Assembly: GCA_028534125.1 (NCBI GenBank)
Contig: CM052818.1
Coordinates: 27,282,001-27,346,000, forward strand
Direction: 5' to 3'
From: Lama glama
Taxonomy: Eukaryota
Length of the DNA stretch: 64,000 nucleotides
Position numbers and translations under genes: made by a program. Positions 23,301-36,056 of this stretch are shown in pieces (position 1 is the first letter of the stretch; each line of letters starts with the position of its first letter). Below the pieces are notes generated by a model. It was not told the DNA's origin, did no database searches, and worked only from the letters and a program-made list of their open reading frames with translations.

Positions 23301-26300
23301 AGGGTAATAATTAGCTCTGGTTCCAGAGCTCAGTGGTCTCTAGGAGTGCGGCGGGTTCCCTGGGCTGAGCTCTGGGTGAGTGGCAGGCTGGGGGGGCCTG
23401 GCTGTTGGGGGCAGCTGTCTACCAGTGCCCTTGAGTCCTACAAATCTATACAAGTGCACGTGTGCCCACCCAGACACATACCAAAAATGTTTTTCTGGAA
23501 AAACCTAGCCTATAGGCAAATTTCTAGAAAAAGTAGTTTTTAAGGCAGTTATAGTCTTATATTTCTTTTGTAAGTTAAAAAATTTAAAGTAGAAGTAATA
23601 AGATAAATGAAGCTAATTCCTATCTGCCTCTTACTACCTCTCCTTTTGGGATTTACTAATGGTTTGCATATTTCACATAGCTCTTCTGTGTAAATTCACA
23701 AACCTGCTTATTTGATAGTGAGAGATAAAGATGAACAATTATGTTGTCTTTTCAGGCCTAATTCAGGCACTCTCTTAAGATTTTTTTGGGGGGGGGGTTG
23801 GACTTGGTTAAGGCACATGAATATCTAATGAGTGGGAAAATTCCAAAGCTTCACTTGGTTTATATGGCTAAATATATCAGGCCTCCTATAGCCCACTCAT
23901 TACTGGTAGCCTGTCCAGGGCAATAAAACTGGAGATCAAGTTGGCCAAGACATAACCAAAGGAGATAGCTTATCTGTTTTATAGTGTCTTCATATGTCAT
24001 TCTGTTACCATGGTTACTTTTCAGCTGTGACCATAACTAGTCAGAAAACCATTCAAATAAATCAGTAAATTGTTAACATAACTGGCAGCCTGGGAAGAGA
24101 AGTACAGTAAAGATGAAATTTTCCCAAATGAAGCTAGAGGGAAAATTCTATTACTGTAGACAATAAGAAAAAAAAAAAATCCAGGATACAAAAATTCCCT
24201 AATCTGGAAGTGGGAATTTCCATGGGGCATGAATGTGTATTTAAGAAAGTCTCATTTAAGTCATGGAAAAAAGTCTCTTAAACAGTTGCAGTTTTCAAAT
24301 TCTTTCAGCCACCACACATTTAGTTATCCTTTTTTTCCTTTGTATATATTTCTCATAACAACACCTACATCTTTGTAATTTCTAAAGTACTTATCTCAGA
24401 GCAGTTTCTTTATTTTAAAATGAATGGTGTGAAAATGTTCCTAAGACTAGTTTTATTTTATGGGCAGATAGAGAAGCAACCATATATTTACTTTAGGCCT
24501 ATTTATTAACCTTGTATGCTTTTTTCTAAGGAATTTTGGCTGTTGGTCATATTTTCCTTCCTTTACCAATCTCGTATTTAATAGGAAAAGACAGTAGTAT
24601 GATTATGTGATTATTAAAAGACCACAAAAAAAGATAAAAAAAAATTTTTAACAGAGAATGGGATATCTTTTTCCAGGAATTCGGTGTGAGAGAGCTCACA
24701 AAATGATTGGGTTCCAAGAACAATCTGGACCTTTCATACTTCTATTTTATCCTTGCATTATTTTTTATTGTTCACTTTCATGGGGAATATATCTTGGTAA
24801 CCTGGAAAAAATGTGCCATATTTTTAGGTACGTATGTATATGTGTGTATGCACATTTTAATTCTGACATCTCAATCCCCCTGGGAAATGGCTGAGAACCA
24901 GGGAGAAAGGGTCTTCACATTAGGGGCAATGGTTTATTTGTTGTTTACAATCATAGTACCTAGCACAGGGCTTGGCCCACTGTAGTGCTTAATGAATGAA
25001 CAAAGAGGACAAGATTTCTGAGAACCAAAAGTCAGGACACACCTTTTGAGAAAGAAGAGCCCCACTCAATACTGTCCCTAACAGGCTGAATCTCTAATCT
25101 CCTAACTTTGAGGAACAGACTGTATGTTCCTTAGGATCCTCATCATGGTAGGTGTCCCTTGCACACAGTAAGTACTCAATAAATGAACTCCACTGAAGTA
25201 GCGAGCTAGATCAGAAGGCTGGTGTGAATCTGACACACTAACAGTGAAAACTAAATGTAAATTCCCAACCCAAACAGTCCAAAATGAAATGGGTTAAATT
25301 ATGTCTTGTACCTTTGGCCTAACAAGGCACAAAAGTACACAGAACACTGTGGAAAGTCCCCCTTCAAAATTCTTAACATAAAATCTGACACCCCAAATTT
25401 CAATTGTCTGGGGAATTTACTTCTGTGACAACTTCATTCCCTGATGGTGCCAAATGAATAACGTGTTACTAAAATAGTCCTGAAAATAGCTGGGCACTCA
25501 CTCAACTCAGCAATTCGTCCCGTCCTGGATGAAGGATGGCTACTTGTGCCGAGTGCTCAGCAGATCAGCCTTGTGATTAAGCCAAACAGGCAAGAGTCAG
25601 AGGGAGACGAGGGAAGCATCCAGATCAGAATGCGCAGGTGATGATGATGATGCCATCTGGGTGCCCGCACACTGAAGGGGGCGGAGTAGCCCATTTATTT
25701 TTCTCAGCAGAGACTTGAGGGCCACTGGTCAGAGCCTGGAGTCTGGCTGGGTGTGAATGAGGCTGGGCACTAGGCAAGTGTGAGGACAGAGACATCCGGG
25801 AAAACAGCTCCGCGCTCTCAGGTGAGCTGTTTCCCCAGGTGGGAGAAGCAGGAATGGACAAGGGGAATGCAGGCTCTCTAGGAGGTCAAATTGCAAGGTC
25901 AAAATTCCAGGCAAAGGTTCAGGAGAAGAATCCAGATCAAAGGTCAGGCCACAAAAGGACAGAATGACAGTAAGTGGGGCTCAGAGATGAGGACAGAGGA
26001 GCCAGGAGCAAGAAAGCCTTTGAACCTGAGCCACGATGATCAAGCACTTTCATAGTCACGACGGCTCCTCCTCCCTCCTCACAAGGAGGTCTAAAGGAAG
26101 CAATGCCAAGGACACGGACTTGGGACCCGAAGACTTAGCTTGAGTCCCTGTTCTTCCATTATTTTACATGTGATGCTGTACCTCTCTGGGCTTCTATAAA
26201 AAGTAGAAATTCCCATTATTTTTATCTCACAAGACCATAGTAAGATTCAAATAAGACCATCAAGAGCGGACTAGCCCATAAACTCTGAGGGACACATAAA

Positions 26301-28505
26301 TATCACTTGTTGCTGTAATTATTGTTGAAATGACTACCCTGCCTGCTCAGTGCTAGAACTGGTCTCAGATGATGGCTCAGTAAATGAATTATGAGCCCTT
26401 TTGCAGGCCTCAAATATTTAGTCGATAAATGGTCTGACAGCTGGTTTGGCATTCTGAACCCTGTCCATTGTAACTTAAGCATCATTTTCTATCTCCACTG
26501 ATAACATGAAAAGCATTTGGGATGTGGGTGGGTCCATGATGCCCTTTCGCATGGTCTGGTAAGCTTTGGAACGTGTTAGTGACCAGCCAGTGGCGCCTTT
26601 CACATTTGCTGAGTAGCAGTCTGATGACCATTGTTTCGAGTACTGACTGTGTCCATGGTGTCTCGAAGAGAAGAGAAATCTCTTTGCAATCAGCTTATCC
26701 AGGGTGAGTTGAAACAATGACTCTGTGTGCCTGGCTGACCCCGTGCTTCCTCTCTCATGATGGGGCTGCCCTGGATCTTCAGAAGAGGGCAGACTCATCA
26801 CAGTAGAATTTACACTGCTTTGGTATCTTTGCCTGTAGTTCTGCCACTCTCAAGTTAGATGCAGAAGACCATCTCTAAAAGATGCCTCTGATCAGCAAAT
26901 CTTAGTTTCAGGAAGTCAGTGATCGAAACTCATGTCAATAATGAGAGTTCAACCAGCACTTTCTTAACAATAATATTGGCTGGGGGGGTGGGGGGCCCAT
27001 TTCACTTAAGTAACAATGTTCTCAAGAGTCTCTGTCACAGGACTGTGGAGCACCCCTATTGACTTCATCTGGCCCCAAATCTCTGTGGAATCCTTTAAAA
27101 ATTTGGTTCCCAGAAAGCACGAGAGAGTCACCATCTTGCAAAGTTCTTGCAAGCTTTCTGCTCTCTCAGTTATGCAAGGCCTGAGGCCAGCCTGGACTGA
27201 CAGCTTATTATCTCAGAACATTTTTTTAGCTTCACGAACAAAATAGAGACTCCCTGAATTGCTTTAAAAAGGGAGCTGATTTGCAGAGCAATAGCTTTCC
27301 AATTAAGGTGAAAAGAATACTATCTCAAGTCTTCCTACAGCCCAAACTAAGGGTGGCAGGACCACAGCACAAGACACAGGCATAGAGAAAGGGCAGGTAC
27401 TGAATATGTAAACAAGCGTTGAACACACCTCGCTGGATTCCAAAGCAGATCCAAGGCGGTCTCAAGTTCCGTCACATACGTATACATTTTTAAAGTGAGG
27501 AAATGAAGATCAAGGTAAATTTTAAGGAGAAAGAATATGCTCAGGGATGAGGTGAACACCCAGAGTGCACGCCAGGAGGTCCTGCCTGATCAGGGAGGTG
27601 GCTTAACCCACTCGACTCTCAGTGTGTTCAGCAGCCAAGGCGAGTATCAAACCCAGAGTGCTGTATAACTCTCAGGTCCCCAAGGACCAAGCACCTGCTG
27701 GCATTAGAATGTTCTTGGGGATTTTTAGTCTTGTTTCACGATTCTGCAAAATAAGTGCTGGAGCCTTGAAATGAATCTTATTTTCCTCTGGGGTAAGTAT
27801 TAAATTCTGCAGTGTCCAATGGTCTAAATACCTAAATTGGACTCTGTCTCAAAAAAATGTAATACATCCAGCTAATGTCTCAGATGTGAAAGTAAAATTC
27901 ACTTGATGTATAAATAGGTTTCCTGAAGATATACATGAAAAGTGAAAATCTGGTCTAACTGCTAACAATTCAATTCAAATTTTAAAATGTGTAAGATGCA
28001 ACGCATCACCATCTTCTCCTGTTTCTGACAAATTTCAGGAAAGTACTAAATGTTCATTGTTGCTTGTTTCGTATCAAATTAAGATCAAACTGCTGATATG
28101 ACCCCTGGATCAAGATCTGGTGCTGTCAAGCCCCCAATAACAGATGTCCCAATGTGCATGATGATGGATGGTGAGCACTCTGGGGTCTTGAATGGAGCGG
28201 CTGACATGTGGGCCACCTCGACAGCCACCTGTGACGGGAGAGCCATCAATGGGCAAGGGAGGCCCTTCAGTAGACACTTTCATTCCGTCAGTCTGTCCTG
28301 TTATTTACAACAATATTGCAGCAGATACTTTATCTTCAGCAATCTGATAGACACAGCACAGAAAATACTTCAACAGGGCCTTCACTGCAGTTCACTGGGT
28401 TGCTCACCATCTCTAATTCTAACCCTCATGTATTAAACAATGTGAAATCATTTTGTTCATTTAAGATTAAGACTATACAGTGAGACAGTTTAAAATGGTA
28501 CAATC

Positions 28506-28540
28506 GGAGGCAATAGCTCAGTGGCAGAGTGGATGCTTAA
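28506..28540 (+). mobile_element. 5' part (A-box) of a vic-1-like SINE split by an L1
   Basis: ggaggcaatagctcagtggcagagtggatgcttaa, preceded by TSD aaaatggtacaatc (28492-28505). Confidence 0.85.
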
Positions 28541-29712
28541 ACAAATGGCACCTAATTAAACGTATAAGCTTTTGCACAGCAAAGGAAACCATAAGCAAAA
28601 CAAAACAACCACCTATGGAATGGGAGAAAACATTTGCAAATGATGCAACTGACAAAGGCTTAATTTCCAGAATATATAAACAGCTCATACAACTTAATAA
28701 CAAAAAAACAAACAACCCAAGTCAAAAACAGGCAGAGGACCTAAGCAAGCAATTCTCCAATGAAGACATATAAATGGCCAATAGGCACGTGAAAAAATGC
28801 TCAATATCACTAATTATCAGAGAAATGCAAATCAAAACTACAATGAAGTATATCACCTCACACCCGTCAGAATGGTCATCATTCAAAAGTCCATGAAAAA
28901 AAAAAAGTCCATGAACGATAAATGCTGGAGAGGGCGTGGAGAAAAGGGAACCCTCCTACACTGCTGGTGGGAATATAGTTTGGTGCAACCATTATGGAAA
29001 ACCGTATGGAGATTCCTCAAAAAACTAAAAATAGACCTACTATATGATTCAGCAATCCCACTCCTGGGCATATATCCTGAGGGAACTCTAACTTAAAAAG
29101 CTACATGCACCCAATGTTCATAGCAGCACTATTTACAATAGTCAAGACATGGAAGCAACCTGAATGCCCATCGACAGATGACTGGATAAAGAAGTTGTAG
29201 TATATTTATACAATGGATTACTACTCAGCCATAAAAAATAAAATAATGACATCTGCAGCAACACGGATGGACCTGGAGATTGTCATTCTAAGTGAAGCAA
29301 GCCAGAAAGAGAAAAGAAAAATACCATGTGATATCACTCATACGTGGAATCTTAAAAAAAAAAAAAAAAGGACACTATGAACTCATCTACAAAACAGAAA
29401 CAGACTCGCAGACATAGTAAACAATCTTATGGTTACTCAGGAAGAGATGAGAAGGGATAAATATGGGAGTTTGAGATTTACACATGTTAGCCACTATATA
29501 TAAAAATAGATTTAAAAAATAGTTTCTTCTGTATAGCACAGGGAACTATGTTCAGTATCTTGTAATAACCTTTAATGAAAAAAATATGAAAACAAATATA
29601 TGTGTGTATATGCATGACTGGGATTGTGCTGTACACCAGAAATTGACACATTGTAATTGACTGCATTTCAATTAAAAAAAATAAAATTACAGAAGTTAAA
29701 AAAAAAAAGAAA
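28541..29712 (+). mobile_element. 5'-truncated lineage-specific LINE-1 (ORF2 C-terminus, 3'UTR, poly-A), about 1.17 kb
   Basis: ORF2 peptides [20 protein letters not shown]...EWEKTFAN...[12 protein letters not shown] and HLTPVRM...[18 protein letters not shown]...[29 protein letters not shown], disrupted by stops and frameshifts. A-rich tail at ~29674-29712. Confidence 0.95.
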
Positions 29713-29787
29713 CCATGCTTGAGGTCTTGGGTTCAATCCCCAGTACCTCCTAAATGAATGAATGAATGAATGAATAAATAAATAAAT
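29713..29787 (+). mobile_element. 3' part (B-box, (GAAT)n(AAAT)n tail) of the split vic-1-like SINE
   Basis: catgcttgaggtcttgggttcaatccccagtacctcc, followed by TSD aaaatggtacgatc (29788-29801). Confidence 0.88.
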
Positions 29788-32700
29788 AAAATGGTACGAT
29801 CAGAAATGGAGTTCAAGTACTAAAATGTTAGAAATCAATCATATTAATTACCACCTCTTTTAAGTTATTTTTATAGGGGTATTATCTTAGTCTAACTTAT
29901 TTGAAAATATGTTTGAATGGAACACCTGAAATTTCACAAAACTGTTGTAATATAATAGATGACCATTTAAATATATGCCTCCAGCTCCTAGAAGTCATAT
30001 AAATACTCTGCAGTAAGTGAATTGATTTTTTTCCCCCAATAAACACACCAGGAGTTATACCTACAAATAAGTGTTATTGCTAAAAGTACTCACTTTGGGG
30101 GGCTATATGCTTGTGCTAAAATGCTGCTCATGTTAAAATCCTATTTGAAACTTCTCTTTCGAGGTGCTTTCGGAGGAAATTGCTGTCATAGAAGACAGGG
30201 TGCCTTTATTTACTGTCACTTTTTGCTTCCTCTGAACAGTTTTTACCCAGCTAGATCTCCCAGCCTTTCCACCAGACTTAAATGTGAACGACTCTATTTC
30301 CTAGCATCTAATGTACCTCTAAAGCCAGGTGTTAACAGAGCTAAGGATATTCCAAAGGATGTGCTGCAAGCTCTAACGTCAGCTTCCACAGAGAAGGACC
30401 AAAAATATTGCAAATGACTGTATTCCTGCAAGAGCTGTATAGTTTTCCCATGTAACTACTCTGAAAAGACAAACATTTCACTTGGACATGTAAATCTTCG
30501 TATGTTTGAAAATAATTTCATTCCTTTATAGTTGGACCTGGTATTGCTGGGAACAAACAAACAAGCTTCATATGACCAGTGCTGTCAGTGTGATAAACAG
30601 GTGTGCTGAGACCAATTCATTCCTCGGAACTGAGGCAAACTGGAAGGAGATGAAGATGGGGACTGTGAGCTAAGACGGTCTAATAAGCCATGGCTAGGAA
30701 GCAGGACATCTCTCGAGAGGCAGACAATGTGATTACCAGTTCTATTAGGCTGACAGAAGCTAAAAGGAAACCAATTATGTTACTTCTGGTCAAAGGTTGT
30801 ACCATAAGGAAAATGGAGACTTTCTTTCTAACACTCACAAGCCTTTTCTGAAGGGCATGTCTCTTAATAACCTTCATTAACTTCTGTTTGGTTGCCTAAG
30901 AGTTGTCTCTGAGCCAAAAAAAGTTTAACTCAGTCTCAGTAGAGATTGTGTTTATGTAAGCTTGTTGGAAAAACATTCCTATCATTTCAAGAATGACTAA
31001 ATATTTTTCATTCACATAGCTGGCATTCCAGACTATGTTTTCCTGCCTCAGTTGATTAGATGAAAATTAGCAGGCCCAAGTCTGAACTATTAGGTTCGAT
31101 TATTATCTTAGTAGGAAAATTATGAGACTCCTGGCAGTAATGCCCTTTTAGGTATGGGAGGTGGAGAGCAGAGGAAATAAAGAGGAACCTGCCCTTTGTG
31201 GGCCATTTGGACAGAGAAATACTTAGCAGCCAGGACTGTTGAATGCTGGAAAATCAGAGGCAGAGGTTTCTCTAATCACGTTTCAGAATCAGCTCTGAAC
31301 CATAACATTCTAATGTTACTTGAAATACCTAAAGATGCTTTAAATGCCCAAAGAGAATCAAAATACTGTGAAATTTATCCTCGAACAATTTCCGATGCTT
31401 AGGTGAGAGGCCTACCTAGGCTGTCACATGGGCATCCGTGATGCATTTGTTACCCTACAAATGACCTTATTTGGACAAGCAAAAAAACACCCTGTGCTCT
31501 ATTTTAATTTCCATTTATGGAACTAGTTTCCAGGACACTTAGAGTTAAAGGATGAAACAACATGCCTAACAGTCTTTCAGATATTACGAATATTTTATTA
31601 TTCTTGGCCTGCTAATAATAGCATAGTATATGGCACTGAAGCACTACCACCCATAAACTGAGTTTTGATCCCTGTTATGTACCAGAACATTAATATCAGG
31701 TGACCCTGTGGCATCTTGGACTTCACTGCCTATCGGGTCAGCCAAACTATGTTTGACTTCTTGCCACAGAAGCAGTAGCTTAATCATTTGAGATACTGTT
31801 TGGTGAGGAAGTCTTATGGGCAGGGCTGGAAACATTTTTTCTTGTTTCAAAGAATTCCCACCCAGATATGTGCCTGGTACAGACTTTTCCGGCAGCCCAG
31901 CAGAAATCTCATTTGAAGGGCGGTTTGATTCAAATCGTATCATCAGAATTTATGGGAAAGAATATAGTGCTCCCATAAAACTAGGATTGATGAGGAGGAC
32001 AACCTATTTCACAGCTCAGACTTCCAGCCCTTTAGAGGACCACCGCAGGAGACCTACTAGGTGAGTTGATGCTGAAGTGGCTTCTATCCAGCACAGTCAA
32101 GAAACGCCTAATGCCCTCTCTTTAGCAGTGTCCCCAGTGTCCCAAGCAAGACCATGATTCCCCAAGAAAGGGTTCCAAGAAAGCCAGGCGGCAGGAAAAC
32201 AGTTGATTGTCTAGTTTAATCACATTCCATCCTAAGGCCAGGGAGTTAGAAAGAATCCACAGGCAGGGAATCAGCCTCATATTCTTCCATTTCAAGAGTT
32301 CGTTCAGTCCAGGTTAGCAGAGTTACTAGGCCTGCCTGAAACTCAGCTCAGTGTCAGACAGTAACTGCAAATAACACTCATTTAAAGCTTTCATTACGGA
32401 AGACTCTCCAAAAATACTGAAGCAGATACACTAACATGGTGGACCTTCCTCTACCTGTTACTCAGCTGTGACCATCTACAAACGCTCTGATTGCCTGTGT
32501 GAAATGGGAAACGGATTTCGCTTTTGTTTCAGAGAAACAGAAACATTAGAAATGAAAGCACCTAACTGCCCAACCACAAGCGTGGAATTTATTTACTAGC
32601 AACCCAAATCCTAGTATTGAATGTTACCTTGTGAACTATTACCTATGTTGTTCCTATTCTTGAAAAGTGATACTCTTGGTGTTGGCTCTGAAATCCCCAA

Positions 32701-33794
32701 GGTCACCGAAACCATCAGCTCCTCCCAGCAGGAGACTCTGCACACTCTGGGCCTAAAGAACACCCAGGTCACAGTGGCCACCTGGGCAGGGTCCAGCCAA
32801 AGCCCAAGATGAGACAGCAGATCAAGCCTGACATCAAGACCAATCAGTGATGATGAAACTCTTATCTCCTGCATCAGGCAGTCACGGTCAAGCTGGCCTC
32901 ACATTTGTCCACATATCTTGCATTTTTCTTGCATCACAGGCATGTCACATATATCCTGCAGCCAAAATTTCCGTCCCTTATCTTACCTTTAATTATAAAA
33001 CAAACTGGGTTTTTTGGTTTGTTTTTTTTTTAGAAAAAGGCACTCTGCCCTTAGGGACGTCCCTCTGACATTAAACATTGACTTAGATAGCATTTATACC
33101 TGGCATTATTGGAAAATACATTAGCAAATTAGTCTCAACATCTAATTGTGATAGTAAAAAAAATTCTAGCTAAAAACAATGCAGTGGTACCTATACACCC
33201 TAAAGGAATGTTTTAATTGGAGGGTCTGGAGAAGGCCCACCTGAACTCTGTGTTTCTGGACTGCAATGAGAGAGAATAAACCACAATTTACAAACCAGTC
33301 TGGAAAGGCCGCCCTTGGAGGGGGTCGAGAGCTAAGTGCTCACCAGGAGGGTGAGCAGTCCACCTGAAGCTTAACTGGTCCAACTCACCCGGACCCACTG
33401 TGCACCACACCCACTTGGCAGAACACTCTGCCTTCTGTTCTCAAAGTGCATTTTCAAATACAAGCCTTCTAACATTGTTCCTTTTTCAGCTCACCAGGGG
33501 TCAGCATCTGACCCCTTTAACAGCACTGGTTATGGAAACCCTCCGAGTCTACTGGCTTCCTCAGCTAAGAAGTACCAGGAGTCTGGCTGTGATCTCCCAC
33601 GTCAGTCTTTTTCTCCTTCACTCACTCATCCACTCACTCATCATTCATTCATTAACAATTTTTGAGCACCTACTTTCATTTCAGGTAATTTTAGAGATTC
33701 AAAAGCATAGCTCACGGGGGACGTAGCTCCTTCCAGGTTACTGGCCAACAGGAGGGGCAGTCGGTGCCCTGTTTGTCTCAGGCAATATCCCTGC

Positions 33795-33995
33795 GGGATC
33801 GAGAGCCACTGCTCTGCCACTTTCAAGCTGTAGTCCTTGGGGACGTTACATGACTTCTGAACTTGGGCTCTGTGATCATAAACTGGGATGGCAATATCTC
33901 CACCAGAAGGAAGTTGTGGGGATCAGTGGGCTGATGCTCTTAAAAGCACTGAGGCCTGGCTCACACCCAGTGTGGAGAAATGTTAGCTACTGTCC
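33795..33995 (+). mobile_element. MIR SINE
   Basis: 'gctctgccactttcaagctgtagtccttggggacgttacatgacttctgaa...gttgtggggatcagtg...aaagcactgaggcctggc...aaatgttagctac'. Confidence 0.7.
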
Positions 33996-35554
33996 TAGGG
34001 CTGTAAATAAGATGATGCAAATGGTGGTCCATGCCGAGGAAGACTCAATTCCATGTATGTGCTTAAACTGCAAACTGTATATGCTCTTCCATGTATGTCC
34101 ATTCCAGCCTTTTACAAGGGCCAGAAAATAAAAATACTGCCATTGACGAACAAGAGGAGATGATGAGATAAGCCAACAGAGCAAAACATAAGAATGCAAT
34201 CACTTACAGACCTACAAACTGGGATGGCTTATCTGTAAACTCGAATTGGGTGTTGACAATAACTTGCTAAGACTTAATCATGAGAGTACTTAAGTGCCAA
34301 TTTAAAAAGCTCTTAGGTACTTGTGAATAGAGTTAGCTGTCAAGTAACAGCGTAGCCTTTAAGGGCCCCCGGGTTCACATCCCCAGTCCTCCAGGAGTAA
34401 CCAAGCATATTATACAGTCACTTGGAAGGTATGTACCTCTCCTAACAGCAGCAGCCACAACAAGGTTCCTCTTCCCCGCAGGTCCTAACACACCATGTAC
34501 CACACCAGTAATTCATTTAGGAAGAATCTAAAACCACAACCCTTGTGTGGGGTCCTTTCATCAAAGTTCAGGCTCTGACCTTGTACCTTGGGACCGTAGC
34601 TAACAAGGGTGATGGCCAACATTAGTGATGCAGTCGTGTGCAGAGGAACTTACTATGTTTAAACTGCATAAATACCTGTGTTTCTGTCTTTCTCCAAATA
34701 ATTCTGGCTGATTTTTTTTACACAACACCACCTTGCTTTTTTCTTATTTCATCGAATCCTTTGGCTCTTCTGAAATCACTTGAAATTCTATTTAAATATG
34801 CGATTGAATTAACTCCTGAGAAAAATACCTTCAAATAGTTCCAGAGATGTTCTTGGATCCTAAAAACTAATAAGCAGTAACATCTAGTCACCCTGTATTA
34901 TTCTGTAAGTTTACTATTAGTCAATAATAATAAACTTTTACGATCATTATCTTCAGCTGTGCACTCTATTCTGATCCCATACCACAAGGGTCTGTCTTCC
35001 GAACACATCGTTACATGGGAGCATTACTGTCACACAAACCCAATCTTACATGAAGCTCACTACTTAACTGAGTTAAAAACAAAAACAAGAAACAGAAGAT
35101 AAATTAGTGCTCGGAGAACTAGACAATGGAAGCTTCTGAACGTCTCAGTGAAGAAAGGCAAGTGCCAGAGCATGAAGGAGACAGAAGGGAACTGAACCAG
35201 CAGAGCCTAACAGCCTGAAAGAAGGATGCCAAGTCCGGCAGAGCAGAGCTGACCTGGGTGTGCGGCTTGAGAAGCAAATCTAGGATGTGCCTCAAAGGCA
35301 TCCTTCCCCTGAGGTCCCCAAACGGAGTGGAGAGGGCAGGTGGGAGATCACATCAAAAACGCCTGCAACAGTTGTCAAACTGCAAATGGCTTCCTCCCTG
35401 TCACCTGACATCGGTGTCTCCCAAAAGCCAAAGATGAGGAGAGATTAATAAGGGAACCAGAAATACAGGCAGGAGGACACTACGATGACATCTGGGAGCA
35501 GGGGAAGCAGACAAAAACGCAGCCGAATCGGACAGACTTCGGCTGACCCCAGAT

Positions 35555-35710
35555 CAGCCATGTGCTGACCACTGACGTTGGAGGAAATTATCTGATCTCT
35601 CTAAACCTTAGTTTCTTCATCTCTAAAATGGGATAGTATGGCCTTCAAGCACACAGGTGTCTGTGAGGATTAAATGAAATAAGTAAGATACAAATATAAA
35701 GCACTCACCC
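35555..35710 (+). mobile_element. MIR SINE fragment
   Basis: 'aaattatctgatctctctaaaccttagtttcttcatctctaaaatgggata...tgtgaggattaaatga...taaagcact'. Confidence 0.8.
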
Positions 35711-36013
35711 CACAGAACCTCAGTGTGGACATTCCTTTCCTCCTGGTTTAATTCAAAGCAGCCTAAATAGTTTCGCCAAAGTTAACTAGGAGTTCTCGCT
35801 TACTTATCTTTGTGTCCAGTGTGGTATCTGGATTACAGAAGGTTCTTAATGAATGTTTTGGAATTAACGGCTGACTCAAACCGTCACTCTTAAACAGTGG
35901 AAGATAAGATTACAACTTTACCAGATGCTGCAGAGACCAAACTCCAAGTGATCAAACTGACATCCCCTCCCCACCCAAACATCCATATGACATGAGAGTA
36001 ATCAGTTTCTCAA

Positions 36014-36016
<3 letters not shown>

Positions 36017-36053
<37 letters not shown>
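36017..36053. repeat. (TG)18 microsatellite
   Basis: Perfect TG array read directly from the sequence. Confidence 0.97.

Positions 36054-36056
<3 letters not shown>

Noticed and set aside
28480..29096. ORFs 28480-28773 and 28797-29096 as host genes
   Set aside because: They are broken LINE-1 ORF2 C-terminal fragments; the first begins in flank and SINE sequence.
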